Part shown: positions 13,636 through 26,139 of the stretch, piece by piece | How positions within the stretch are numbered: the first letter of the stretch is position 1 | How the letters are laid out: every line of letters begins with the position of its first letter | From: Schmidtea polychroa | Taxonomy: Eukaryota | NCBI GenBank assembly: GCA_044892525.1 | Contig: CM097886.1 | Coordinates: 19,282,001 to 19,346,000, forward strand | Length of the DNA stretch: 64,000 nucleotides | Direction: 5' to 3' | Program-made: the position numbers and the translations under genes | The notes under the pieces: generated by a model | Seen by the model: only the letters and a program-made list of their open reading frames with translations | Database searches by the model: none | Told to the model about the DNA's origin: nothing

Positions 13636-15748
13636 CAGTGAAGTCTCTCACATCCGCCAAAAATGGGACTTCGAAAAAACGTGGCGGATATTAGAAAATA
13701 GCGGATATTAGAATCCGAAAAAACATTTTTAAAAATGTTTAGATAACAAAATCGAATCAAAATTCAAAAGTTTATTTAATAATATCAATTGCTTTATTTA
13801 TTCATCTGGGAAAAACCAATCGATTTTATGAATAACGTATTTTATTTTTACAAAAAATGCGTGATTGTTATGAAATAATTATGTACATTTTTATAAAAAT
13901 AAGTGTTAACTGTGCAATATTTATTTTCTAATCACCCAATTTCTTAAATTGCATTTTTCGTCCTTTTTCAAGGCCTTGCTTATTTCATTTAATCCAATAA
14001 CACCATTAACGTCAAATTTTCCTGGTTGATTGAAAAAATCTTTGATTACTTGAAAAGCTTGATAAGCTTCTTTTTTAGTGATATTTTTTGGATTACCAGT
14101 GTCTTTATCTTCCGCTAAATCATCAACCTCATCTTTATCAGCACAGACACTTGTAATATTACCCTCCTCAAAATTGTTTATTTCTTCTAATAAGACATCA
14201 TTTTCATTAAATTCTATTTGAAGAAACTCATCTTCCCCTATAGGATCAGTTACATTAGCTATGGAAATGAACTCATCGTAATTTTCAATATGACAATCCT
14301 CAGCTAAACTTGAATTTTCAATTATCTCTGACATGTACCAATTTGCATGTCTAAAACAATTGATGATACACATTTCGGTAACTTCCTTCCATGAAAAATA
14401 AATAAAAAGTATAGCATCTTTGATGGATAGCTTTTTATAGGCATTAAAAGTGTCCACTCCACTTTCGACTTTTTCTATAATGTCACATAACTTTTTAGAT
14501 AAGAACAGAGTTTTAAAAGATTTAATTATACCTTGATCCAATGGTTGAATTTTAGCAGTTGCATTAGGAGGTAAAAAAATAACCTCTATCGATTTTAATT
14601 CAACGTCTATTCTATGAGCAGGACAATTGTCAATTATCAATAAAACCTTTTTAGATATTTTTCCTAATTTGAAATCCCATTCTAAAAGCCAGTTGTTAAA
14701 AATTTTAGCTGTCATCCAGGATCTGATAGAATGTTTATAATTTACAAAAAATGAAGGATCAAAGTTTTTGAAACAACGAGGTTTCTCAAATCTTCCAATG
14801 ACTAAAGGCTGGTGTTTGTGGGCGCCAGTCATGTTGACACAGAATTGCACTGAAAGTCGATCTTTCAATAATTTAAAACCTGTTCGGATGTTTTTACACA
14901 CTGTTTTCGATGGAATTAATTTATAAAAAAGACCCGTTTCATCTGCATTGTAAACATTTTCTTTACCATATTCACTAATTTTTTTTGAAAGGAAATCGAG
15001 AAAATTGTTATAATCAGATGAAACCTGACCATATGATTCTCCATGTAATCTTCTGAGTTTCAAACTGTGACGTGCTTTAAATTTTCTTAGCCAACCTTTT
15101 GATGCTTTGAATTCTGTTATTTTCAGATCGTTGGCAATTTTTAATGCTTTATTAGTCAATAAATCGTCATTTAAAATTGCACCCACTTTCCCTAATTCAT
15201 TTATCCATTCTGACGCCTGTCAATGGACTCATACTTTAAGATAGGCATTTTATGATTATTTACATATTCTGAATTTATATCTGATAAAAATTTTTTTTCA
15301 TTTCTTTTAATGTCATTAATTGTGCGCCGAGAAATAGTTTTTTTAAACTTGATCGAAAATATCTCTGCAACTTTACTATCAGATATCTGTTTATTCATGT
15401 TTAGATATCGCAGAACATCAATTTTCTCTTTTATCGACAACCTTGTACATTTTCTTTTTGTCATCTTTAGGCTAAAATGAAAAAAATTAATGTAAATAAT
15501 AATAGATGGAAACAACAATGTTAAAATTAAATATTTAAATTTAAATTATGCAATTAACAAGGAAATTAATAATATTATAACAAAAAGAATGAAAATTCCA
15601 TCCATTTAAATTAATTTAAGAAATTTTATGTTAAAAATACGAGAGAAGTGTGGCGATTATTAGAAACAGGTGGATATCAGAATTTTCTCATATAAAATTT
15701 TTTCATGTGGCGGTTATTAGAGCGTGGCGGATACGAGAGACCACACTG
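13636..15748 (-). mobile_element. Full-length pogo/Tigger DNA transposon
   Basis: Imperfect 24-bp TIRs (CAGTGAAGTCTCTCACATCCGCCA vs CAGTGTGGTCTCTCGTATCCGCCA); TA TSDs at 13634-35 and 15749-50. Confidence 0.93.
13921..15464 (-). pseudogene. Tigger transposase (HTH + CENP-B-type HTH + DDE_1) with one frameshift near 15210
   Basis: MTKRKCTRLSIKEKID start at 15464; ASKGWLRKFKARH, YNADETGLFYK, IIDNCPAH and QPLDQGIIKSFK. The frame shifts between YESID and EWINELGK. Confidence 0.9.
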
Positions 15749-17672
15749 TACTTAACACTAAATGAAATTATAGCCAAATAATAAATTATTTAATCAATTG
15801 GCATCAAATTAATAAATTATTAAATTAAATTGCAACAGAGTAATGAAATATTTAAGCAAGTTACATCAAAATAATAATTGATTTCACCAAATTGCAACAA
15901 AGTTAAAAAATAATGCATTGAATTGCATAAAAAATACACTTGATCAAACTGCAACAAAGTAATAAATTATTACAACCATTTTCAATTGCCAATGAAACAA
16001 ATTTATAAAGAATTAAATTTCATATAGACATTGTTACATTAAAATAACTCAATAAAATTAATTGATCTGTGAAAAATACAATTTTTACAAGAAAAAATGC
16101 ATGTAGCACACAGAAAATTTTTATCTAATGAACTTATAGAGAATTAAATTTCATCTAAATATTGCTACAGTCAAAATTCGAAAAACTCATTTCAACTAGT
16201 TGGAGAATGAAAAATAAACACACAACATCATTTAAATTTTAGGGAACTTAGATGAAATGATTTTTTATAATTGAGATTTTGAATATAAATGAGGATTGAA
16301 TGTATCATTGTTAAAGAGTAGAAATTAACTAAGGAAATTGTATTTTAATTTATTTAATAATTTCCGTTGTCTGTCTGTCCAAATATCACGCTATTAAAAA
16401 AATTAAATTGATAAATACTTTTTTATATTATAAGTAGAATAAATATTAAAAAAATTATTTTAGTTAGAGACATTATATCAGGGACAATTAATTAATAACT
16501 CGAAAACATTTACTAAAAAATATTGACATTAAAGAGCTTTTAATTAAATAAGGTTTTTTTATTGTTATGTTTTGAATACTATTAAATATAAATTTTCAGT
16601 CGGGATATTAATATATCGAAACTAAAAAATTGCTCCGTCATTTTTGACGGGCAACAACTTGTAATTTATTATATTTGGTTTATTATTTTAAAGAAAAATT
16701 ATCTCTTAAAACTTTTATGGGCACGGATTTAAGTTTTCGGGTAATTTGAAGGAAAATGCTGGAATAGGTATTGTATGTTTTTGTATATTAAATTTAGAAT
16801 ATAATGAAGAGTATTTCAAGAGTATTTTTTTAAGTTTAAATAGGTTAAACAAGTTAAGTAGGTTTTGAAAAAAACAATTATTTTCCTAGAAAACTATTGG
16901 GAAATATACTTAAAAGACAATGTATGAAAATAATTATTGATCTTGCTTCTGATACATTTTTAAATGTTGTTATATTTTAATAATTTCACGACAAACCGAC
17001 ATTGGTGCGTCGCGATGCATATTTTGGTAATCACTGATTTATAGTAATATACCAATATATCATACTTGGATGCACTGGCCATGATTTAATGAATTTCTTG
17101 AGAACGCTTAAATAATAAACAGTGTGAGGCAACGTGCTAACAGATAGCTCACATTTTCGACTTCAAAAACATCTTTCTTCAATATAGACTTTTTAAATCT
17201 GATTTCAACCTCTGTTTTTTATCTTTTTTACATCAAGTTTATCCATTTATTTTAAATATTTATAATTGTAAACAAACCTACACATTTAACTAATTACAGG
17301 TTTTAGAATGGATAGCACTGTTAATTCATTAGAATATTCACTTCTGTTTTATATTTTGTCTTGTTGACATTGATTCGGGTGGATTTTTGGCAAATGACGA
17401 GAATTGCTAAATAAAACAACTATTGACTTTTTTCTGAAAATAAGAAAAAATGAACTCTAAAAGCTATTATTAAGTTGGCAATTGCTTCCACATATTTACA
17501 TTTTAATTTAACGTTAAGTTTCTCGAAAAACTTTCATAACTACAAAAGTATGCAAAATTTTTAATTGGGTAAAAATTATAATTTAAGTTAAAAAGAAACG
17601 ATATTGTCGTCAATTTGATTAATTAGTTGATCGTAGTCCTGAAGTCGTGTATTAAAACATTAAAATGATTAG

Positions 17673-18089
17673 TGTTGGGCCACGTCGACAATCACGAGAA
17701 GTAGCTTCTTAAGTAGATGTAGCACACTATTTCTTTTTCTTAATAAGGACATCTGCATAGGAGAATCAACCAAGAAAAAAAAAGAAAAGTAAATTAAAAT
17801 GCTAAGGAAAATAATTAATAAGATTAGGGAAAACGAGGCAAAACAAATTATAATTAAAGTAGATAACAATTAATTTAAATAAATAAAATATAGGTACTAA
17901 ATTAAAAAAATGGAAATAAAGCGAGTTAGGAACATAAATAATAGCTACTATGTGCAGCACCAACATGGTCATCACCATGGGCACATAAGTAGTATAAAGA
18001 CACTTTGGCGTCTAGGAAGGAGTCGGGTTGAGTAAACCGCAGTTACCCATACTACATTTTCGAAAATGACACACCCCTAGTCGCCAACA
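17673..18089. mobile_element. Candidate solo LTR (417 bp)
   Basis: Ends TGTTGG...CCAACA with a 4-bp direct repeat TTAG on both sides; no internal coding sequence. Confidence 0.55.
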
Positions 18090-19096
18090 TTAGCAATATC
18101 AACTAAAATGCCAAGTTGCATAAGCAATCTGGATTTTTATAATTATTCTTTAATAATATTTTATAAGTAATTTTTCTGAATCAATAATAATTTTTCAATA
18201 ATTAATAGCTAACTAATTTTTCACAATAAAAAACAAAAATTCAAAACAAAATTCTAGTACTTGCTCAAAACTAAATACTTTCCTTAAATAAAAAGCTTAA
18301 AAATAAATTTTCGGTAGAAAAGCCTAAAAATAATTTTCAAATGAAAATATAAAGCCTAAAATGATAAAACTAAATATTTTTTATGATTAAAAATCAAAGT
18401 AGTTTTTCTGAATCAATAAGTTTTAATAATAATGAAGCTTATTTTGGTTTCAGTAAATTCTATAGGTTTTATAAATTCAGTTTAGTTTCAAAAATATTTG
18501 TACATAATTTTAGTGCCAGTATTTTTTGTAGATAAATATAATTTCACGATTTTTAGGTTGAATAGGACTGTATGAACTGATTATATAATATTCCATTACT
18601 ATTGTAAACTTTATAAAACAATTCAAATTCATTGCACATTTGTGATAAATTAAATAAATAAAATTTAGTGAATTTTATTGAAGCAATCTAAGCATAATGC
18701 TAGCATAATTGCAAAAAGTTGTGACTCTTCGCTTTTTAATGCTTCATTATTTTGGAATTGTTTGTCGCATTCAACACTTCTGTTGCGTGTTGTTCTATTT
18801 CGGTTGTCTTTTGTGGGATACGTTTTATAAAATGTTGTTTAGCTGATTGTGCGTGTTGCACATCATTATCATCTACTGTACTACTATAGTCAGATGGATT
18901 ATATTCATTTGAATCTGAAGATTTGAAGTCGACCTCTTAGTTTTCACTGCCAGAGTCAGATGATAATTTAATAATAGTAACTTTTTGACGTTACGCATAA
19001 AATACTTTTGGTTAAATACTTGCTATAACTATGTTGACGGCGGACTCGCCCAGGGAGCAATTTTGTTAGCCATATTGAGGCATAGGGTCATAATTA

Positions 19097-19883
19097 TGTT
19101 ATAGTATTCGTTGGTTTATATTTGTTTTTTTTTATATTTGATTAATTGATGTATGATTGCGTATGTAATAGAGATTTGAAGATCCCAGCCGAGTCGCCAG
19201 TAAATAAACTGTCTCGGGACAGCTGGGTGAATGTATGTAAGTTACAAAATATTACAATAATCAAATGAGTGTAAAGAACAATACTTTAAAATTACAACTT
19301 CTATTAAAAAAACAATAAAATAGATACGCACTTTATATTGTTGAAGAAGAGATCGATGTTATAAATGTTTCGGATCTCTTCGACTTCTTTATTTCTGTTT
19401 TTCTTTGGTTTCTTATTATGGTAAAACACGGTGTGGTTCTTAAATACCACTTCCAGGTGATTTCGTCAATGTTTATATGCTTCGACCTTTTTTGTGGGAC
19501 TGATTTAATCCTAAATAGTCTGGAAATAGTTGAGGTATGGTATTTGTTGTTTTCTTTTATAGTTGATTTTCAGTTTTCGTCTTTGGTAGATATATAAATC
19601 GTCGGAGAATAATTATTACTTTCAATTTATAAATCGTCGTAGTTTCGTTGTTTCTGAAATCTCCTGTTTTAAATTCTCAAATTAACTTTTAGTTTCTTCA
19701 GCTGTATATTTATTAATCAATTTTATTTGTTTTTTAATTTGTCATTTTACTATAGCGATAATTTACCATTGTAAATTATCGCTATATAGTTTTTTAATCA
19801 AATTTCCCCAACTCTACGGGAACGCTTATGTTCGAAAAAGAAAACGAAGCCTAATTTGGTTATAGTCAAAAATAATCATAACA
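19097..19883 (-). mobile_element. LTR family X, copy A
   Basis: TGTT...AACA ends; shares the GATCCCAGC..GAGTC..CTGTCTCGGGACAGCTGGG block and the GTAAATTATCGCTATATAG block with 33322-34213, 40641-41521 and 59981-60510. Orientation taken from the PBS of copy B. No TSD found. Confidence 0.7.
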
Positions 19884-20197
19884 TCAAAAATACATCAATG
19901 TTTATATGCTTCGTCAATGTTTATATGCTTCGACAAATGTTTATATGCATCGTCAATGTTTATATGCTTCGACCTTTTTTGTGGGACTGATTTAATCCTA
20001 AATAGTCTGGAAATAGTTGAGGTATGGTATATGTTGTTTTCTTTTATAGTTGATTTTCAGTTTTCGTCTTTGGTAGATATATAAATCGCCGGAGAATAAT
20101 TATTACTTTCTGTAGTCAAACCAATTAAATCAATATAAATATTAAATTAATATTTATATTAATAATAACATATTTAAAAACTTACTTATTAATAATA

Positions 20198-20980
20198 ATG
20201 CAAATCAACGTAGAAGACAACATTGGTGTCAGAAGTGTGACTCAAGAAAGTAGTCACATTCAAATGAAAATTCCAACATTTTTCGACAATGTCGCAGTCT
20301 GGTTTCAACAATTGGACGCAGCACTGGAACTGGCCTCAATCAGAAACGAAAAAACCAAATATTTTCACTTGTTAACCAGCTTACCATCTCGCGTTCTCGA
20401 AGAGTACTCGGATTTAATGGATCCACATATCAAGCAGCCATATTCAGCACTTAAAGAAGCAATTATTAATGACTCAAAAGGATCAACAACGGAGGCAGCA
20501 AACAAACTTTTACAGAAACAGGAACTTGGGGATCGGAAACAAGGCCAACTCCTTAGAGAATTAAAAAGAAACTATAAAATAGTGGAACCCAATGGTGACC
20601 CAGAAACGAGCAAAATTCTCAGACATCAGTTCATTAACTCCATGCCAGTTCACATTCAATACCTTCTAATATCGAGCAATGTTGGCATTGATGAGTTGGC
20701 CAACATCGCCAACTTGCACGTAAGCATCAATGATCAGCATATCTCACCGGTGGGAAGTCAAAATATTGCCGGAAACTTCCATCAGCTTGCAATAGAGAAC
20801 CTGCAAGATCAAATCAATGTCATAAGGGCAAACGAAAGCTCTACTCGAAAGGAACGTCATTCGAGTGAAGAAACAATATGTTATTTTCACAGACGATTCG
20901 GAATAAAAGCTAGGAAATGCCAAAAACCGTGTTGCTGGTCTGATTCAGTTAAGTCGGGAAAAGGCCAAGGATCTCGTTAA
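20198..20980 (+). CDS. gag: Gag of Gypsy-A (260 aa)
   Basis: KIPTFF..VAVWFQQLDA N-terminal block and C-terminal CYFHRRFGIKARKCQKPC (CHCC) motif typical of CsRn1-clade Gag. Confidence 0.9.
   Translation: MQINVEDNIGVRSVTQESSHIQMKIPTFFDNVAVWFQQLDAALELASIRNEKTKYFHLLTSLPSRVLEEYSDLMDPHIKQPYSALKEAIINDSKGSTTEAANKLLQKQELGDRKQGQLLRELKRNYKIVEPNGDPETSKILRHQFINSMPVHIQYLLISSNVGIDELANIANLHVSINDQHISPVGSQNIAGNFHQLAIENLQDQINVIRANESSTRKERHSSEETICYFHRRFGIKARKCQKPCCWSDSVKSGKGQGSR
20224..20237 (+). promoter_or_regulatory. Primer binding site, tRNA-Leu type
   Basis: TGGTGTCAGAAGTG, 1 nt after the 5' LTR; complementary to the conserved tRNA-Leu(CAA) 3' end ...CACTTCTGACACCA. Confidence 0.85.
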
Positions 20981-23833
20981 TGTCGACGACAGAGATCCAA
21001 TGCTCAACTCAACAGTCGACAAAGATTAATGCAATCTTCACTGTTCCAGTCCTCTATGACAATAAATATGATTTTCTCATTGATTCTGGGGCAGATGTCA
21101 GCGTTATCCCAACAAAAATATTTAAACCCGATTCCAGAATTGCACCGATCAGACTCATAGCGGCTAACAACTGTAGCATAAAAGTACATGGCTCAAAAGT
21201 TCTACACTTTACGATTGAAGGTCAAAAGCAGCATTTCAAATGGGAATTTATCGTAGCAGATGTTTCTCGCCCAATTCTTGGGGCAGAATTTCTATTATAT
21301 TATGGATTTCTAGTGGATTGCAAAAATGCTAAAATCTTCATAGGAAATACAGCTATCACAAATGTTAATAAAAGAAGCAATTCAGTCAGCTCTGAGCATG
21401 CAATGGCAATCGAAACAACTGGGCCACCAATTGCGCAGTCAGTAAGACGCCTGGGTGGACGCATGCTTGAAGCCGTTCAATCTGAATTCGATACCTTGAT
21501 CAAAAAGGGAATCCTAAGGGAAAGTAAGAGTGACTGGGCGTCACCATTGGTAATAGTTAAGAAGAAAGATGGACCAATACGCCCATGCGGTGACTACAGA
21601 CTCCTGAACTCAGTCACGAAAGTCGACAGATATCTTCTGCCCAGAATAAGCGACATCTTAGATCAACTCGCGGGAAGCAAAATATTTTCAACGATCGACC
21701 TGGAAAAGGCATATCATCAAATCCCAATTGAAGCAAACGACATCCCAAAAACAGCAATAATTACACCTTTTGGACTATACGAATACCTCAAAATGCCTTT
21801 TGGACTGAGGAACGCATCACAAACTTTCCAAAGATTCATGGACAAGCTTCTACGTCCATACAGGATGTTCTCCAGAGCGTACATTGATGACATAATCATT
21901 TTCTCTAAATCGAATGAAGATCATGAAAAACATTTGCAAACAATCGAAAAAGTTCTAAAAGATGCACATTTATCAATAAATAAAGATAAAAGCTGCTTGG
22001 CTAAAAATCAGGTTAACTTTCTTGGATTTCACATTTCAGACTCAGGAATCTCACCCAAAACCGATAAGATTCAAGCAATCACCTCCTGTTCAAGGCCAGA
22101 CGATGTTAAGGCACTGAGACGATTTATTGGAATGGTAACATTCTATCACTGGCTAATTCCGAATTTGGCGGATATAATGGCTCCGTTACATGAACTGACA
22201 TCAAACGGAGCAAAAGACAAACGTAAATATATCTGGAAAGATCAACACTCGCAAGCATTTGAAACGGCAAAGAAAAAACTGCAAGAAATCACTGAAATGA
22301 TCCCTCCAGATTCGCAACGCACATTCATCATATGCACGGATGCATCGGACATTGGAATTGGTGCAAGCCTTAATCACAGAACGGCAGAAGGTAAACTTAC
22401 ACCAATCAGTTTTTTCTCTAGAAAGCTCAACAAAACTGAACAAAAATATTCAACATTTGACGGAGAATTATTAGCTGCCTATTTAGCCATCAAAAATTTC
22501 AAACATCACCTGGATGGCAATACATTCGAATTACTAACCGATCACAAGCCATTGGTATACATAAATACAATGAAAGACCCATCCAATAGACAATGGCGAT
22601 GGATCCAGTTCATAAACGAATTTGATGCAAAGATAATTCACATCAAAGGGAAAGACAACATTGTCGCAGATTTCCTATCAAGACAACCTAATTCAGACAA
22701 CAATACTCTCAATATTGTTGAGACTGTGCCGATGACAAAAAATGAAATAATTAATCAACAAAGACAACAATCATTCGCCCAAACCTTGAAGCCAAATCAC
22801 TCATTTAAAATAAGTATAGATGATGACGGAATCCTAGTGGATATGTCTACTGGCTCCCCTCGAATAATACTGCCAGAACCATTCCAATTCAGGGAATTCC
22901 AGCGGCTTCATAATTTATGCCACCCAGGAGCAAATGGGACAATAAAATTGATATCGTCAAAATATGCGTGGCCCTGTATGCGAGCACAAATTAGGGAGTG
23001 GTGTAGAATGTGTGAAAAGTGTCAAAGAAATAAAGTGACGAGACACATAAAGTCAAGCTTGAAGGAACTTCCAGAAGCAGGAAAATTCAAAGTCATTCAT
23101 ATCGACATTGTCGGCCCACTCCCATTAGTAAATAATAAAAGATTCATGCTTACTATAATTGATAGACACACCTCATGGCCAGAAGCAATTCCTATCTCTG
23201 ATATCACAAGCAGTTTAGTAACCAAAACAGCAGAAAACGAGTGGATAGCTCGATACGGAACCCCCGAGATAATCATCACAGACAATGGTAAGCAATTCAT
23301 TTCATCCACATTTAGAGAATTCTGTGAAAAGCACAACACCATACCATCCCCAATGCAATGGCAAAGTTGAAAGATTTCACAGAACTCTCAAGACGGCTTT
23401 GAGAACACATTCAGAAGATGCAAATAGAAATTGGGCCAATGATCTACCATTGGTATTACTGGGGCTTCGAAATGTCGTTTCAGAAGACAATAATCAATCA
23501 CCAAGCCAAGCGGTCTTTGGAATCAATGGGAAACTACCTGGAGACACTACAATTAAAAGAACTAGAAAACAAAATTGGAAAACATTCTTTCCAGAGGATT
23601 TGAAGACATGCACTCATGTATGGCTTAAAGTGGAAACAAGAACAACTTTAAGGGCTCTGTATGATGGACCATTCCAAATTATTAGTCGAAGCCCAGACCT
23701 CAAAACTTTCGAAATTCAACTTCCGACAAGAAACCTTCGTGTTTCGGTAGACAAGTTAAAACCCGCGTACATTTCAACCAATAACAAATCACTCCTTGAT
23801 CTAGGTGGAGGGCTATGTAGTCAAACCAATTAA
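20980..23833 (+). pseudogene. pol: Pol of Gypsy-A (PR-RT-RNaseH-IN), frameshifted in the integrase core near 23335
   Basis: LIDSGADVS, WASPLV, CGDYRLLN, YIDDII, TDASDIGIG, VADFLSR, H-H-C-C finger, HIDIVGPLP, TDNGKQF. The segment TPYHPQCNGKVERFHRTLK...YDGPF lies in a different frame. Confidence 0.93.
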
Positions 23834-24338
23834 ATCAATATAAATATTAAATTAATATTTATATTAATAATAGCATATTTAAAAACTTTGTTTTAATATG
23901 TTATTAATTTGATAAAAATAGAATTTGAAAAAGTCGTCTTACTTATTAATAATAATGCAAATCAACGTAGAAGACAACACTTTCAATTTATAAATCGTCG
24001 TAGTTTCGTTGTTTCTGAAATCTCCTGTTTTAAATTCTCAAATTAACTTTTAGTTTCTTCAGCTGTATATTTATTAATCAATTTTATTTGTTTTTTAATT
24101 TGTCATTTTACTATAGCGATAATTTACCATTGTAAATTATCGCTATATAGTTTTTTAATCAAATTTCCACAACTCTACGGGAACGCTTATGTTCGAAAAA
24201 GAAAACGAAGCCTAATTTGGTTATAGTCAAAAATAACCATAACATCAAAAATACAACAATCTACTACAATTATAATAATAATAAGTATAAATAATTACTA
24301 TTAATAAAAAATACTATATTAAGTAATTTATAAAATAA

Positions 24339-24342
<4 letters not shown>

Positions 24343-24413
<71 letters not shown>
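24343..24413. repeat. (TA)n microsatellite
   Basis: Direct reading. Confidence 0.97.
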
Positions 24414-24417
<4 letters not shown>

Positions 24418-26139
24418 TTATAATTAGATGTAATACAAAAATAATTAGTATAAATAAGGTTGAATTGTTTGGAAAAATTTTTTGGGTGTATTACATATTG
24501 TGAATATTGAATAAATCTTTAAAAAATATCTTATCTTCGTTAATTTATATATTTATTTATACTACATGTACATATATATCTTTACATATTTATATATCTT
24601 TGGAGTCAGATATATCAGTCTGTGTTATGAAGTATCTATTTCACCAGATCAGAACCTAACAACTATGTAGAAGGGCACAATTTTTCACTATAAAACCATA
24701 CATAAACCAATTATCAACTATAAACCAAATCTAAATCATTATAAAATTAACGATCATTAAATTCAGAATTAAAAAAACACGAATTGAACTCTATACGCAA
24801 AACAAGCTGTGTACCGCGCGTTTACATGTCATATAAAAACGGCATTTCGTAGTTGCACTGTATACTACTGGTACCACTACATCGTATAAATTTAGTATTC
24901 ACAAAAATGGCGGCAGTCAACGTGTTAATGCAACATATTTTAAAGAAACGATCTCATCTGAGAAATTGAAGTAAATAAGTAATAATTTTAAAATAATTAA
25001 AGTAAGATAATAATGTTAAAAAGTTATGTATTTAATGTAATATATTTTTAAGAAACGATGTCGCCTGAGAAATTAAAAAATAATTAAGATAACTAAATTT
25101 TAAATTAAAAAAATTAAAGTTTAGCTCAAAATTGTAAATAATAATATAAATAAATTAACCAACTAGTATCAATAAATAACACATAAAGAATAACAGAAGA
25201 AAAAGAAACACAGAATCAATAATATACTTTATTCTTCATCACTTATTTGTGTGATATATCAATAAGAAAGATGTAAATATTTTGAATGATGAATATTTGA
25301 ATAGAAAAATTAAGGTAATATATTTACATAAGTAAATTTGGTTCTCAGTCTATTTGTACAGGTTTTTCTGGTTTCATTAAAACACATGTAATTTATTTTA
25401 AAAGAGAATTTTGGTCATAGAATATCGTTTATAGAAAAATGTGATCGATTGATATTTTTGTACACATTTTTCAACTGACAAATTTTCCCACTATCAAAAG
25501 CAGGTATATTTAATTTTATTAGAGAATTTTGGTGACTGAAATGTATGAATAAAGAAATTAAAATATAAGTAAATTTAGTTAAATAAAAATTTCTTGTCTC
25601 AAAATATATTCAAATAAAGCTAGTAAATGTAAATTTCAATAAGATTTCAATGCTAAGATTTTTATCAAAAAGTCTAATAAAAATCGACCTGAAATTAAAT
25701 AATAATGAAATTTTTAAAATTAAAAGAAGTAGAATAAAGTTTATCAAATTCTAATTATAATTTGTTCAGCAAATTTTTTCTAAATGGAAATAATTATTAA
25801 ATGTTTCAATAAAATAATATGAAATTGTGGATAAAACTTGAAATAAATTTGAATGTTCAATAACACTGCTTTAAAATGCATAACTATTTAAAATGTAGTC
25901 AAATAAGTGAAAAGCATAATTTTGATGATAATATTTTTAAAAATCTACAAAAAAGTTATAATAATTAAAAATTTTCTAATAAAATAACTAAGGTTTCATA
26001 ACGTAAACAATCGACCTAAAATGAAATAAAAATTAAATTTTTAAAATTTTCTAACAAAATATCCCTGAAAAAATATTTTTATGGCAGGGTTTAAAATTTT
26101 TTCAAGCAAAATATTCAAGCACTTTATTACAAAACAATA

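Larger units (their letters stand above)
20111..23979 (+). mobile_element. Young Gypsy LTR retrotransposon, CsRn1-like (Gypsy-A)
   Basis: LTRs 20111-20222 and 23816-23979 (TGT..ACA; 1 substitution plus a 52-bp indel); 5-bp TSD CTTTC; PBS; purine tract AGGTGGAGGG before the 3' LTR; domain order gag-PR-RT-RH-IN. Confidence 0.97.
19466..24255. repeat. Tandem duplication of a 429-bp block; the second copy carries the Gypsy insertion
   Basis: 19466-19894 recurs as 19953-20110 + 23985-24255 with 4 substitutions seen; the junction is 4 tandem copies of a 19-20 nt unit TCAATGTTTATATGCTTCG (19895-19971). Confidence 0.92.

Noticed and set aside
19175-19232. Hammerhead-ribozyme-like layout TTGAAGA-stem-GAAT in the LTR structure
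   Set aside because: The core is TTGA rather than CTGA and GAAT/GAAG/GCGT rather than GAAA; no stems I or III can be formed; the G-U evidence favours the opposite strand.
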